A model generated the notes under the pieces. The model made no database searches, had not been told where the DNA came from, and was given only the letters and a program-made list of their open reading frames with translations. A stretch of DNA of 58,280 bases, counting the filler, from Sphacelaria rigidula (taxonomy: Eukaryota), in the NCBI GenBank assembly GCA_964200075.2. It is 6 parts of 6 records of this genome, joined end to end, with 100 filler letters (N's around TTAATTAATTAA, not from the genome) between each part and the next. Parts side by side here need not be neighbours in the genome. Positions count along the whole stretch, not along the records: positions 1 to 9,632 come from CAXNAA020008069.1; positions 9,733 to 19,362 come from CAXNAA020008070.1; 4 more parts are not named here. One strand, 5' to 3'. A program made the position numbers and the translations under genes. Position 1 is the stretch's first letter; each line of letters starts with the position of its first letter. This document shows, in pieces, positions 1 to 13,929 of this stretch.

Positions 1-2117
1 GCACTGTAACATTTCGGACGAGTCTGTGGTCTTGCTGACGTACGAGGATGTAGTCCAGGCGCCAGCGGTGTTCGACCTTCGGCCCCGCATATGTGTACGC
101 GGTCGAGCTTTAGGACTGTGATATCCCATCGGTCGATCAACCGCGGTGTAACATGCAGTTCATATCCCAGCAGACTTGCACCTCACCTGCACCCCTTCCT
201 TAGACAAAGGGACACTCCATCCACATGATCCTTCCAGACGGAAATGGAATACTCCCTCAAAAAAAGTTCCATAGCCAAAGATCAGTCATCTTCAGCCACA
301 AAAAACACTCGGGTTTTCTTTGCGCACATACGAGCCTACGCATTTCGTAGTTACTAGTCATTGTAACGCCAACAGCAGCAATCACTTTCTCCTACAGTTA
401 GTACCCACAAACCGCACAAAGCGAACTCCGCCGCGGGTCTCTGTGAGCAGGAATATACTAGGTTCACCTTATCCAGCATACAGCAGTATATTGAAAATTT
501 CCTCACCCTGACTCTTCGCCAGATACCATTCGCACTAACATAATGTAGCGAACATTCCACACATGTATGCCAGCATTTCACCCAGCACACGCAATGCGAC
601 CTTCCTCCTAGTAAACATCATGCATCGTCCGTGCCAACCAGATCAGCATGACACACACGTTTTAAATATCCACGTGGTACGCCAGATCTTCACCCTGCAC
701 ACGCGATACGATCATACTCGCTCAACAACCATGTTTCATGCGCAAACATGGCCACACACCACACGATGACAAGCTGCAATCATGCTCAAAACGATTCGCG
801 AATACGAGTCCTAATGTGTTTCCTCATTCTCAACGCGGCGCTCACCACAACAGGAAGAACCTCAGGTAATGCCTTCTTTGTAGTCCTCCAGCTCGCTCCT
901 GAGAAACAGCAGCAGTCGCGCCACAAAACCATGCACACCATAGCCCAGCGTTTTCATTTGAACACTCGCCCCGTTCACCATCGATCCAGCTACGTGTAGC
1001 ACCCCCACAGTGCCGCTGAGCACTACACCAAACGGTATACTCGCACCGCCAAACCAATACGATAAATCCTCTGCTCCCACAGATGCTTGAGCATCAGCGA
1101 AAGCTCGTGCTTCAGTCGTTCCTTCAGAGGAAACGAGAGGCGAAACGGGAACAGCCATACAGTCCCGCACAGCAACACCTCCCGATGGCATCACACCATC
1201 CTTCTCAAGCACCTGACCGTGCATCGGTATAGACACGTCGATCAACGCCGCCAAGCACGAAAAACCTGTCCATGTAAATGGCAGTGCATACGACCACCCC
1301 AACAAAACGCAACGTTCGATGTCGCTGTAGGAATTATGACCACAAATAGCATCACAAACCTAAAGCTCGCTCTGCCTACCCGCTTCACGCGGATCACACA
1401 CCCTGCTGTTTTCAGCATGCACGGCGTGTCCACAGCGCCACGCTGCTCCGGCGGTAACTCCGCCAACGGTGTATCCAGCTCTCCTTCAAGCAAACACCCC
1501 TGCGAATCATCTGAACCATCTCCCGCCATATCGTCGGCGCACAGAGATTTGCCTTGAGCATGGCGAGTGCCAAGCTCGCTTTGCTCGTCCGCATGACGCG
1601 AATAACACCCCCCTGTAGCTTCGAGCATGCAAAGCGTGTCCTCAGCTACACGCTGATTATCGAACACAAGTCTATCGCGCGGATCTAAATCTGTCAACTT
1701 GGAATCCACCTCCCCTTGAAGCAGAAATCCTTGCCGAGCTGTACTTACTCCCGCCGTAGGATCATAAGCACTGCACCTATGACAACCTCGGCCCACACAT
1801 CGCCGACAGCCTCGGGGCACTGCATTTTTGTTGGGCGCGCTATTTGGCTCATCAGTGGCTGCTGCAGCCGCGGCGTGCCGGCCAGCCGCTGACGACAGTT
1901 TCTGTCTGGTGGGACAAGGTTTGTGAGGCTTTTTCGAGCCAGAACCGCCCCTACCCGCTGCGGAGGCCGCAGCCGCGGCGCGCCGGCCAGCCGCTGACGA
2001 CAGTTTCTGTGTGCTTGGCACAATCAGGTGCTTGATCCTGAGCCTTGCCATGTCAAAATTTCTAAAATGTGAAAAAAATCAGCTGCCTGCCAAGCACAGA
2101 AACTGCAACTCTACCCG

Positions 2118-2858
2118 TACACCAAGACGAGCGTTGTCACCACACTACGGCGACGACAGCACCTCTTTTCACGCAGCTCTCACCACGTGTTGAAGTCCTT
2201 CGTAGACTCCTCTTCTTGAACGCGGCTGGCCAACCTTGAGCCAGCCCTCTCGCAATTCTCCCGTCTAAGGTAGTAATTACGCCGCGTTTTTTGGCAGGCT
2301 CTCCGGGCTCTTCGCCTGGTGATCAATCGTTACCAAAGCGCACCCTAGCACTACCTCAAAACCTTCTCGGCTCTACTCCTGACACACTCCTGCGCGCTGC
2401 CATCCTTCCAATAGGCTTCTGCACTTCAGTTGCATAGGGTTAGACCAGCGCCTCTCTCTCCGCCGCTTCCTCCCCCCTTGTTTTTCAACCTGAGTGTCCT
2501 CAGGTTTTATAGACGGATAGATGCGGCTTCAAAAACCAAATCCAGAAACGACAAGTTTCCTGAATAAACGTCTATTGTGAACCTACTTGAAATCAGAACA
2601 AGGTTACAGTGCTGCTCCGGAGGCTTTCTCCCTGTCACGGGCTTCAGAGACTTCAAGACTTCAAGCAGTTATACAAACAGCGGTCTTCGTTAACCAGAAG
2701 TGACCTTGCACCTTGTATGCAAATATCATACATCACGGAGGCCACCGATCATAATCTCAGACCCCGTTATCCATCAACCAGACTGTCAACGCCTGCTATG
2801 CATTTCTCCACTGCAGTCATGTACCGAATCAAGGTAACAATGTTGCCCGGAGTCTACA
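2118..2858 (+). repeat. ~740-bp dispersed repeat module, copy 1
   Basis: Aligns by eye to 4131-4847 (shared ttgaacgcggctggccaaccttgagccagccct and aatcagaacaagg..cagtgctgctcc..ccctgtcacggg). Partial copies at ~4895-5102 and ~7908-8166; inverted copy at ~9010-9360. Confidence 0.85.
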
Positions 2859-3289
2859 GTCCTGAGCATCGCAACCCTCAAGTTTCCTCTGCTTACTCTC
2901 ATCACGGAGATAACACCCCCTTGCAGCTGTGAGCATGCAAGGTGTGTCCCCAATCACGCGCTGGTCCGGCGGCCACAAGTAACCAGAGCCTTTGCCTCTC
3001 AGCGCTAGCTCATCGAAACAAATTGGCTTCGTGCTTTCAACAGCAGCGGCAGCAGCGGCCGGATCAAATATCCCCGCTACAGCTACCACTTTCTGCCCAG
3101 TGCGCTCCTGAACGGCAACAGTAGCAGCTGAGCTGCCTGCAGTCCGCTCGAGCTGCGTAGTATGTTCGTCCTCACTCAACAGCAATACCAGCAGCATCCA
3201 AACCAGTGCTTACTGTGGTACTGTCCGCGGGGGCGCTGTCATGCCTACCCGCTATGACATACACGTGCTGTGTCTCCTTCCCAATCTGC

Positions 3290-3635
3290 ATAGTGGAACC
3301 AGCTGCCCCGTATCGTTGCTTGAGATGCGCGCCACCGACTGCACGTTGAGCGGGTGCACTATCGTGCGTATTCCCTCGGGCAGGCACATGCTTCTCGGCT
3401 TGCACAGTGCAAGCAGCTGCCCTGTATCGTTGTTTCAGACGCGCACCACCTACAGCACGTTCAGCGGGTGCATGGTCGTGCCTGTCTCCTCTGACAGACA
3501 CAGACACATGCTTTTCGCCCTTCACAGTGCAAGCAGCTGCCCTGTATCTTTGTTTCAGACACGCACCACCTACAGCACGTCCGGCAAGCGCACGGTCGTG
3601 CCTATCCCCTCTGACGGACATACGTTTCTCGGCTT
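3290..3635. repeat. ~120-bp tandem repeat (about 3 units)
   Basis: gcaagcagctgccctgtatc..tgtttcagac.cgcaccacctacagcacgt at 3409 and 3529 (period 120); diverged unit near 3296. Confidence 0.85.
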
Positions 3636-4130
3636 TCATAGTGCCATGCACCCCATTCGACGACGCATGCTTGCGCAACGCGAAAAACAGCTGCTCGTGC
3701 CCAACATCATGAGCATGCTTCAAGAACGTGTCACACAGACATATCGCAATATGTTTCGGTATGAGGTCGAAAAGGACTGTCACCTCAAAGATGTTCGTCC
3801 ACCGCGCGTTCACCTGACCCACATCTCGCACATATTTCTCGTATTTCCGTGAACACTCGGCTGATTTGTCGCTCGAAAAACTGCGGCCATATTACGGCAC
3901 CTCCAGCGCCAGTACAGGAACAGCACGACCATCGACGATGGCATATTGCTGCGCCTCATCTTTTTGAACAGTCGAACAGGCTTTGCCGCTACCTCCACGC
4001 TTTTCATCAAGCGCCGAGCCACCATGACATGTGTACATAGTGGACAATCACAAAACAGCACCTCAATAGCTCAACAGCGGCTCCAGAAAGACCGGCGATA
4101 TTTCTCAATCATAGGAACAACAGCTTTGCA

Positions 4131-4847
4131 TACACCAAGACGCGCTTGGCCCCCAAACGACAATGGTCACAGCAACTCTTCCTCACGCAGGTCTCACCAC
4201 GTTTTGGAAGTTCTTAGATTCCTCTTTTTGAACGCGGCTGGCCAACCTTGAGCCAGCCCTTTCGCAATTCTCCCGTCTGAGGTAGTAATTGCACAGCGTT
4301 TTTTCTTGGCAGGCTCTCCGGGCAACCCAGCTGGTGATCAAATGATACCAAAGCGCACCCTAGCACTACTTCAGAACCTTCTCGGCTCTACTTCTGCGAT
4401 CTTCCTGTGCGCTACCATCCTTCCAAAAGGCTTCTTCTCTTCAGTTGCCTCGGGTTATGTGACCAGCGCCTCTCTCTCCGCCGTTTCCTCCCCCCCTGTT
4501 TACAACGTGACTATGGGGTCCGACTTCAAAACGCCAGTCCAGAAACGACAAGTTGCCTTCATAAACGTTTATTGTAGGCTTGTCTCGAATCAGAACAAGG
4601 TCACAGTGCTGCTCCAGAGGTTTTCTCCCTGTCACGGGCTCCAGAGACTTCAAGACTCCTAAGCAGCAGTCTTCGTTAAAACCGAAAGTGACCGGCACAC
4701 CTCGTGTTCAAACATCGTACATCACGGAGTCCACTGATCATACTCTCAGACCCGTAATCCATCAAGCAGCCTATAAACGCCTGCTATGCATTTTCTCCAC
4801 TGCAGTCATGTACCCAATCACGGTAACAATGTTGCCCGGAGTCTACA
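4131..4847 (+). repeat. ~720-bp dispersed repeat module, copy 2
   Basis: Diverged direct copy of 2118-2858. Confidence 0.85.
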
Positions 4848-7800
4848 AGTCTTGTGACCTCGTTCTGAGTCCAGGAGGGGTCCGTAGTAACCGTCTATGA
4901 TAGACGTGTCTGAAATCAGAACAAGGTCTTAGTACTGCTCCAGAGGCTTGCTCCCTGTCACGCACGAGCTTCAGAGACTTCAAGACGCAAGCAGTTATAC
5001 AAACAGCAGTCTCCCTTGAACAGAAGTGACCGGCACACCTCGTATGTAAGCATCATACATCAAGGAGTCCACCGATCACACTCTCAGACCCTTATCCATC
5101 AGTTGTTTGCAGGATGATTACAGGGAAAGCATTAACTGAGGTGCTTGATGTTGTGGTGAGCGCCGGGTTGGGTGATGTTAAAGAGCAAGTACTGATGCTG
5201 CTTGTTGATAATGAGGAGGCACATCATGACTAGTATACCTGAATCGTTTCGTGGACGATTGTAGGTGGCTGTGGTGTGGGTACTGGATCTGTGTGTTGCG
5301 CTGCTCTGGTTGGCACGCATGATACATGGTGATTTCTGCTTAGAAACTACTGAGTGGACATATTAGAATGCATGGTGTCTAGTGAAGAGTCAGAGTGAGG
5401 CAGTTTTTGATACACTGCTGTGTGCTGAATGAGATAAAGCTCGTACATTCTTGATCGTGCAGAAAAGTGGAATAATCTTTGTGCGGTTTGCAGATACTGA
5501 CTGTAGGAGATCGTGATTAATGCTGTTGGCGTAAAAATGAACGGAAACTACGAAATGCGTAGGTAGCCTTGTACGTCAGCAGGTATAGCGCGAGTGTTTC
5601 CAGAGGTTGAAGATGGAAGACATCATGCGCGAATACAGTGAGCTTTAACTGTGACCCGTCTTTTGATGACTTGATATGTGTTTGTGTTAGCACATGGATG
5701 GTGTTTCGCATCTGATAAAAAGCAGAATGTGGATGGTGTGCGCATTTGTCTGGAAGGAGCACCGAAAATTTGTTCTGCGCTGCGTCAGTTGGGACTGAGT
5801 CAAAAGGCGCGGGCGCGTTTGTAGGCAAACTACGGTATCAAGCTTTGAGTGCGTGATATAATCGAATGCTACGGTTCGAAATGGTATTATCCTTGGCGCG
5901 TTTGCTTTGTGTGAGTATGTTATGACTAGAAATAGCCGTCGACTCAATTATCTATGTCGCTGAATTCGATTGAGACGTTGTCTTTGAGTGTCGATATCCA
6001 GGGTTGTGCATATTGTCATTTTCTTTGTGAACATGACATTGCATGGTCGTGTGTCACGAACGGCGCGGACAAGGGTAGCATGAGCGTGATTGTTGGTCTC
6101 TACTGTTTGTCAAACTCGCTTTCTACCTTGAGTAGTGCGGGGTTTTGGGGGCGCTGTAGGGTAGTCCACTTTTAGTACACGTACAGGTGCATGATGAGCT
6201 GCAGGTTGGTCAGGAGATGTGGGTATGAGGTTTGCATCATGATATTAGGCCATGAGATATTTTCTGGAGTATGGCTATGAATGCTTGACATTATATGTGT
6301 CTACGGAGGTGCAGCAGGTTACTTCCGGTAACGAAGACTGTGTAATGGTGAACAACATCTGTCTTGACGTCTCCAGGCCCTAGTGAGGGAGGAAGCCCTC
6401 GGAGCAGTCTTGTGACCTTGTTCTGAGTCCAGGAGGAATCTATATCCTAGAGGGCAGCGCGAGCCCGGAGCCCGAGGCTCTTGGCACTCTTGGAGTCGAT
6501 TCTACCTGCCACCGTGATACGGCGGGAAAACGTACTACTCCGTAGGAATCTTTGCTTTAAGGAGAATTGGATTCCAAGTTGACGGATGTAGATCCGTGTG
6601 ATCGAGTTTTAGTCGATAACAAGCGTGTAGCCGAGGACACGATTTGCATGCTCGAAGTCGCAGGGAGTTGCTGTTACTCGCGTCATGCGAACGAAAGCTT
6701 GAGGTTTACCATGCTTATGGCGGATCTGTTGGCGCCAACGATATGGCGGGTGATTGTTCATATGATGCCAGAATCCGCACCCCCCCCCCCCCCGCCAGGT
6801 ATAAAAAACCGATAATACAGTTTTTGCAAGCTCTAAGAAACATTGCCGGGCCTCGAAAGAGTTTTCTTCGAATGAACCTCACCCCTTTCCAATCACAAAG
6901 CGTTTTCTTGAAGATGGTTCAGCTCAGTTCGGTTCTAAACTGATCGTTCGATGCAAATTCCAGGAGCTTTTGGTGAAACTCTTCATATGTAACCTCGAAC
7001 GGCTGACCGAACCCAACTCCAGCACTTTCCTACAGCTTGCGAGAGCCGTTGACTTAACCGATCAATATTCTAACATGATCACCCTTCTTCCTCATAAGGC
7101 TTGTAGAATCGGATTGCCACAGGCAGTCAGTACATGCAGCAGCGGAGTTGCACTCATTTTTCGCGCTGAACCGACTGCCTACCTCTGCCTGTCATTGCTC
7201 GAACGCTGTTTTCAGTCAAACCTCCCTTGTCAGCGCTTCACGGTGCGTGTCAGGGATGCGATGGCAGGTGGTTAATCATAGGACACCTCTGCTCCTAACC
7301 ATATCTCGTCTCAGCTCGGTATGGCTCTCCGCACATGAAACGTTTTGGCAACAGACACCCCCCCCCGACACAAACACCATGCATGTGACTAGGTTGACAG
7401 CAGCGAAGCTCAATCACGGAGTCTCAGCCCTCATTTCGGTCACGCCAGCAGAACTTAAATCACCCATACGAGGTATCTCTTCTACACCGCATACCAAGAA
7501 TGTGTACTCAAGTGCTTGATCTCTCATACATCCATCCCCCAACTGGTATGTGGCAGACGTCGGGTAAAATCAACGACTGCAATAACACCCCCCCCGCTCC
7601 CGATATTCGATATTGCCGCAAGCGCGCAGCCGTCCTTGATTCCATATAGATGTGAGGGAACAGAAGCGTTGACGGGAACATCACCCTGCTTTTCGACGAC
7701 GTATTCTACTGCGCACAGAGGCACTTCTTATCTAAGCAGAGAGGCAGATATTGACCCCTCCTGGACTCAGAACAAGGTCACAAGACTGCCCCAAGGGTTT

Positions 7801-9632
7801 CCTGCCTCACTAGGGCCTACAAACTCCAAGATAGATGTTGTTCACCAACACACAGTCTTCGTTGCCGGAAGTAACCTGCTGCACCTCCTTGGAAACATAT
7901 AATATCAACAAGGTCACACTGCTGCTCCAGAGGCTTCCTCCCTGTCACGGGCTCAACAGACTTCAAGACTCAAGCAGTTATACAAACAGCAGTCTTAGTT
8001 AAAATCGCAAGTGACCGGCACACCTCGTATGCAAAATATATCACGGAGACAATAGATCATACTTTCAGATCCGTTATCCATCAAGCAGCCTATAAACGCC
8101 TGCTATGCATTTTATCGACTACAGTCACGTACCAACCGAGGTAGCAATGTTGCCCTGAGTCTACAGCACCCTCAAAGCTCGCTTACTACCAACAAGTAGT
8201 CGACCTAGAGCTTGATACGCTCAGACATTATTGTTGCCGGAATCTACCGTCAATTTTCACCGAGAATGGTGATCCCTACCGCAGTATACGATAACAGCCA
8301 TACAAGCTTGTCCAATTCTTAAACAACTCGCAAGAAATCCTAAATGTCCATGATAAACACGCAATCACGCTACTTGCATCGCTCCGACTCACGGAGCGAC
8401 AGCTGACGCCCAATTTTCAAACCCATGCCCGAACAAGTCTCCCGACTCCAAACCGGCAAAATCTCAAACGTCAAATTGAATGCAACAGCCAAGCAATATA
8501 CCTGAAACTAGAATCAAATAAGTACACGTCTAAAACGCAGCTGGTCTCTTGCTTGTTCAACTCCGTGAAAACGTATGCATCGCACACCTCTTCTTCGTGA
8601 AATATTCAAAGCTTTATTGCCCCACTCCACTCATGAGCATACTAATAAAAAAGTCATGACTCAAATCGCTCTTCAATCCATACATACCAATCAAACAACG
8701 GCAAACGGATCCGACCTCCGCCATCATTGATCACCTGTAGTGATATCGTTCCCAAACTCGATTAACCGAGTGCACCCCAGGAAGCACCCAGATAGAGTAT
8801 TCTAACTTGGATTCAGGACCGTTATACTCCATCGGTCGATTGACCGCGCTGTAAAATGCGGTTCATGTCCCAACAGACTTGCAGCTCACCTACATCGCTT
8901 CCTCAGACAAACGGACACTCGATCCATATGTCCTTCCAGACGTGAAATGAATCATTACTTCAAAAACCGTTCTCGGGTTGATTTTTTGAAGGATGACTAT
9001 TGGATGTGTAACATATCGTGTTCGTGAGGAAAACCCATGAAGCTTACTTCCGGTTGACGAAAGACTGCTGTTTGTATCTGCTTGAAGTCTTGAAGTCTCT
9101 GGAGCCCGTGGCAGGGAGGAAGCCTCTGGAGCAGCACTGTAACCTTGTTTTGATTGCGGGCAGGTTAACAATAAACGATGATTCAGGAAACTTGCCGTTT
9201 CTGGATTGGGTTTTTCACGTCGCACCCGACCGTTTGGAGAACGTTAGGACGCTCACGTTGAATAACAGGGGGGGGGGAGAAAGCGGCGGAGAGCGAGGCG
9301 CAGGCAACACGAATTCAAGGCGATTGCGGTGACAGGAGGCTATAGGAAGGATGGCAGCGCGAAGGGAAGGGAGCACCAGCGAGACGATTGATGAGGTGAA
9401 GTTTGCAGTAACCGAATTGACCTTGGGTGGATCCTTAGAAGTGCCCGAATATGGGCGAGTATTCAGTGAGCAAGAGTGAGGATCCAGGACCGGGGTGCCC
9501 CGAGCAAAACCGGCTGAAGAGCCTGCGGGATGATTTCCAAGCCTTGGCTCCACGGACGACAAGCGGTTGACGTTCGGAGTTGAAAGTGCACTCTGGCCTT
9601 CTGCAGCAAAGAAAGAAGGGGAGATACCATGG

Positions 9633-9732
9633 NNNNNNNNNNNNNNNNNNNNNNNNNNNNNNNNNNNNNNNNNNNNTTAATTAATTAANNNNNNNNNNNN
9701 NNNNNNNNNNNNNNNNNNNNNNNNNNNNNNNN
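9633..9732. other. Artificial contig-joining spacer (N44-TTAATTAATTAA-N44)
   Basis: 100 nt with stops in all six frames; identical spacers recur about every 9730 nt. Confidence 0.98.
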
Positions 9733-11384
9733 AAACTGCTTGTCGATAGGACTCGGGGCTGGTCGTTATGGGGCCGATCCCCTGTCAAGAGGAGATTGTA
9801 AAAAAGGGGATTATCCCCTTCGTGAAGACAGGCCCTTGGACCGCGAGGTTAGTCCGGCATCAATTTGACGTGAAAAAATGTATGCATGATCCAGAAAGAC
9901 TAATCTCGCCGTCAAAGGGTTAGGACGGGCCCTTATAGGGAAGGGTTGAAGATGGAATCGAATAAGAAAAAGACAATCACGATAAACCATGATCGGTCCG
10001 GGTTAGTCGACAGTAAACAACATCATGCGAACGAGTCTCATGGATGTGTGTGCATTTGTTGTTCGGGGCTGGGTGTGCAGGTGTTGTAGCCTCCAGTGGA
10101 AAAAAATGTAAATGCATCATGGTTGACAGGAACGGGTACTTAATTTTAGAGGCGAGAAAGTTCTGAGATACCTCTAATAAGCTTTGGGGAAGGCGAGCAG
10201 TGCACCCAGGTCGTCCAGAGTGCGTTTTGGCCGACATCGGCGCCTACCCCGACGACGGCCAACGCACACTTCATGCAGGGGAGTTGGTGCATCCGCCTTG
10301 TCCGAGGGTCTCGTGCGACTTAGGCGGGGTCTCATCAGAAGTGACTGTCATTTTTCAAGTCATCACTTTGGTGAAAAACGACCGATATTTGTTGATTTGT
10401 TGCTGCGATACCCTCCACCCACACCAGTTGCATACCCCCACCCCCCCCCATCCCCCCAAAAGTATTGAAATTCATTTTTGTTGGAAGTATTTCGTGGAAC
10501 CTCGAACGGGAGCACAAAACAACACGTTGACAGGGGCATAACCGACGTCGAGACAGACATGTCAACACAATCAAACGTGAACCCGAGGATTGAATTCCCC
10601 ATTCAGACCAAAACACACCGCTTTATTCATTGCTGCGCATCACCTGTGCATGATGTGCATTACCTTGCTCCAATCGGTTCAAAATTCGGTATGAAATTAC
10701 GATTTCCGATACGCGCACGTACCACACGCTCAAACATAGGATACAACTGCACGATTTCGGTTGCTTCCCAACATGAACGCCGGCGCCTTCCATCCGGAAC
10801 TACGCTGATTTCCCCCAACGAAAGGTCGTCCTGTGCGGACGACGAAGAGCTAGTGCTTGAGGAAATGCGCGTAAGTGGTGGGTGTCTATGCGTCGGTTTC
10901 GTAGCTCGGTGAGTCGGGGCTATGCTACATCGTTGCGTATTGTCCGATGATGTACAGAGATAATTGGGTTGAGGCCGACTTGTATGGCAGTCGCAAATAT
11001 GGATATGTACGCAGATTACGAGACCACAGATCCAGGAACGCATTCGTTTTGTTTTTTCCTCGCACTCTGAACCCGTTCCATACGTCAGGGCGACGCCATG
11101 GTCTCGAGGGATGGACCCATCTCTATCCCGGTACGCGCCTTCCATTCTGGTCTCGGGGATTGGGCCAGCACTCCGGCGCCACGTTACCCCACGTCACACA
11201 AATCCAAGCGACTACCTCGTTTACTCGTGTTCTCATGCTTTCCACGGTAGGATTCAGACACCATCAAGAAAAAAACCTACGCGTCGGAAATCGAACGTTC
11301 GTTCTCTCCACTCTAATGGCGACAGTCAGATCATTACAACACCGGACAGCAGCGGCATTGGATAGATTCCAATTTCGACCAAAT

Positions 11385-12110
11385 GAGGGAAGCTCAGATT
11401 AATTTGTCACGATTTGAGAACGCTTTTACACAAATCCAAAAGCATATCCGTGGAAAATCGATGTCCTGCGAATCTATAGCATCTGACGTGCGTATGTTGA
11501 CGTAGAGCGATGGGGCAACAGGCATTTAGTATTTGCAACAACAACAACAGCAGAGAGTCTCGTGAGAGCAAAGACAACAGTGCCTGTGAGCGCCGGCTGC
11601 TGGAGCAGCTCCGCACGTGGTTTGAGAAGCAGATGACAAGTGTTGACGCCCTACGGCGATTGCGAAATTTCATGCTGCACTGTGCCCCTGTATTCATCAT
11701 TGTAACAAACGGTACTGTTTTATCCTATAGTCTGCTGTCGCGGTTGCTCCAGGGTGACAAACGACACAGCAGTCGTTGCTCTTAGCCGCACACTGCGCAC
11801 TGTCCTCGCCATACCGACTGTATCATCATGTATTGACACACGGCATTGGTGTTTACGGTGATAGCGAAGTGTACTGCACTGTATCATGCCCCCCTAGGGT
11901 ACAGAGGTGCGACGCTGCTCTTAGAGGATAATTCGCTCCCGGTCCATTCTTCAGCTTCACCGTGATACCACACCAGCCCAGGAAATGAACGTTCGTGTAC
12001 AGAACAATTTCGACAAATCTGTGAAGCTTTAGAGGGGCACCCACGAATCCGAGTTTCACGACTCTGGGCCCCCCCGATTTGGCAGAGATTCGGGTCCCGC
12101 CAGATTATGG
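11385..12110 (+). repeat. Interspersed repeat family, copy shared with contig 4
   Basis: Colinear with ~34130-34860 (ggggaagctcagatt..tgtcacgatttgaga; gggcaacaggc; cccccgatttggca). Confidence 0.8.
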
Positions 12111-13329
12111 CTTGGCTATCATACTGTACGAGTGGGTACGACAGCCACTTTCGAAACCGCCGCATTTCCTACCTGTGCGCAGTTGTGTGCTTCGATCTGG
12201 ATCACACTGCTCGTGGGTATGAATCAGCACTGGATGTTGTGAGGACAATCCGTTATCCAAACAGTGATTTTCACTCATCGTAAGACCTCGCTTCGGGTGG
12301 GGTCGCGGTTAGTATTATTAGTGGTGTTGTTCCCATAAAACGTCGTGTACAAACGTTTTTCCGCCTTCCCTCATCGTGCTACAATGTTGGGTTTCTTTGT
12401 TCATACATGGCATCATATACAGGTTGGATCAATGACCGTTTCAGGACTCCCTCGCTCGCATATCCGAGTGGAGATCTCGATAGGGACCTAAATTCGACTC
12501 AACACTCGACGACGGAAAGGGACTGATGAACCCCTCGCGCGTCAAAAACATATAGGCAAGCACCGAATGCGGAAGGTGGGGTACTTGAAACAAATAACAA
12601 AGATGAAGCTCCAGTCTTCACCTTCCTCTTATGTGACCCCGACTGGTGCGCACACATACATCGAAAGGTGTAGAACGGCTTCCAGAATAGATGGGACGAC
12701 AACAATTGCACACATATGCTCGTTGTGGGATACAATCCCCCTTCAACAGAACACTTATCGTTGGGTCGGAAATCAGCCTAGAATCCGTGTGTAGGACAAG
12801 CGGGAGTAAATCTCGCAGTCCCCTTCATCTTCCCCAAGCATATTGAGTTGTATCCGGAGGGATGAAGAAGGCAACGAGCCCCGACGACACTACATCGAAC
12901 TCACTCACCTGTTTCGGCCATGGTCGGTGGCGTCCGCCTTTCATCGATATTAACCCTTAGACAGCAACCCCCCCGCTGGAAGACTGAGTAAGACTATCCA
13001 CTTTTTGGGTTCAGAATCATTCCTTTGACACAAACCAAAACGCCTTTTCTACGGCGGAAGGGTCCGGGGGTGCATATGAGGCACATAGTTGTGAGAGTCA
13101 TCACACAGTCGCCTGCAGACAGTGCAGTAGTGCAAGAGTAGTGCTGTGGAATCTGAAGAGATGTTGCATTACGCCGCATAACTGTGCACAGCAGCAGTCG
13201 GTAGTGTCTTGTGCCGCAGCTCCACGTACTGCCTACAGCGTACTAGATCTTACAGTGTTGCACGTGTTGAGGGTATACGCAGCGTACGTGTGTGGTTTTG
13301 CACCATGACTGCCGCTGCGAACACGCTTA

Positions 13330-13510
13330 CAGCACGTGCCGCGCTCATCGGCGCAGGTTCACTTGGGCTATTGTTACTGAGAATGCTCACTGGGCAACAC
13401 GACCCGCCGGCATTGAGTCCAGCACGTGTCGCGGTCATCGGCGCAAAATCAATTGGGCGATTGGTACTGAGATTCATCACTATGCAACACGATCCGCTGG
13501 CATTGAGTCG
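13330..13510. repeat. 90-bp tandem duplication
   Basis: cagcacgtg.cgcg.tcatcggcgca...gcaacacga.ccgc.ggcattgagtc occurs twice with period 90. Confidence 0.85.
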
Positions 13511-13929
13511 CGGGCAATACATTGTTCTACCCTCTCCGGCAGGCGCCGAGATCTTCAGGACAAATGAAAGCTCATTCGCCGACCGTCGTGCGTGGCGTCA
13601 ACCAGTTGAAGAGAGCGACCAGGAATATGTCCACCCACGTTCCAGAGGTCCAGTATCTCAAACTCGAGGTTGCCGGTATATTCGAACGTAGAATTACTGT
13701 GAAATATACCAGGAACCTCGAGTTTGAGACACCTCTTCTAATTCCGAATCATTTCGACATCCGTTCATTTCCCGAAAATAATTCTCCATCCCCCCTGACG
13801 TTCATAACCTGCGAGTAGAGGGGGAAATATCGAAATAGCGGGTGGTGCTTTCACTTTCAACACCAAAATATCGCCATATCGCGACCGGAGCGTGCATTAG
13901 CACCCATAGTTAATAATTACTGCGATTGT

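Noticed and set aside
3172-3852. Overlapping 219-aa and 203-aa ORFs on opposite strands
   Set aside because: Explained by an in-frame 120-bp tandem repeat; no recognisable domain or splice support.
9677-9688. TTAATTAATTAA repeated at a regular ~9.73-kb period
   Set aside because: Artificial six-frame stop linker inside the N spacers.
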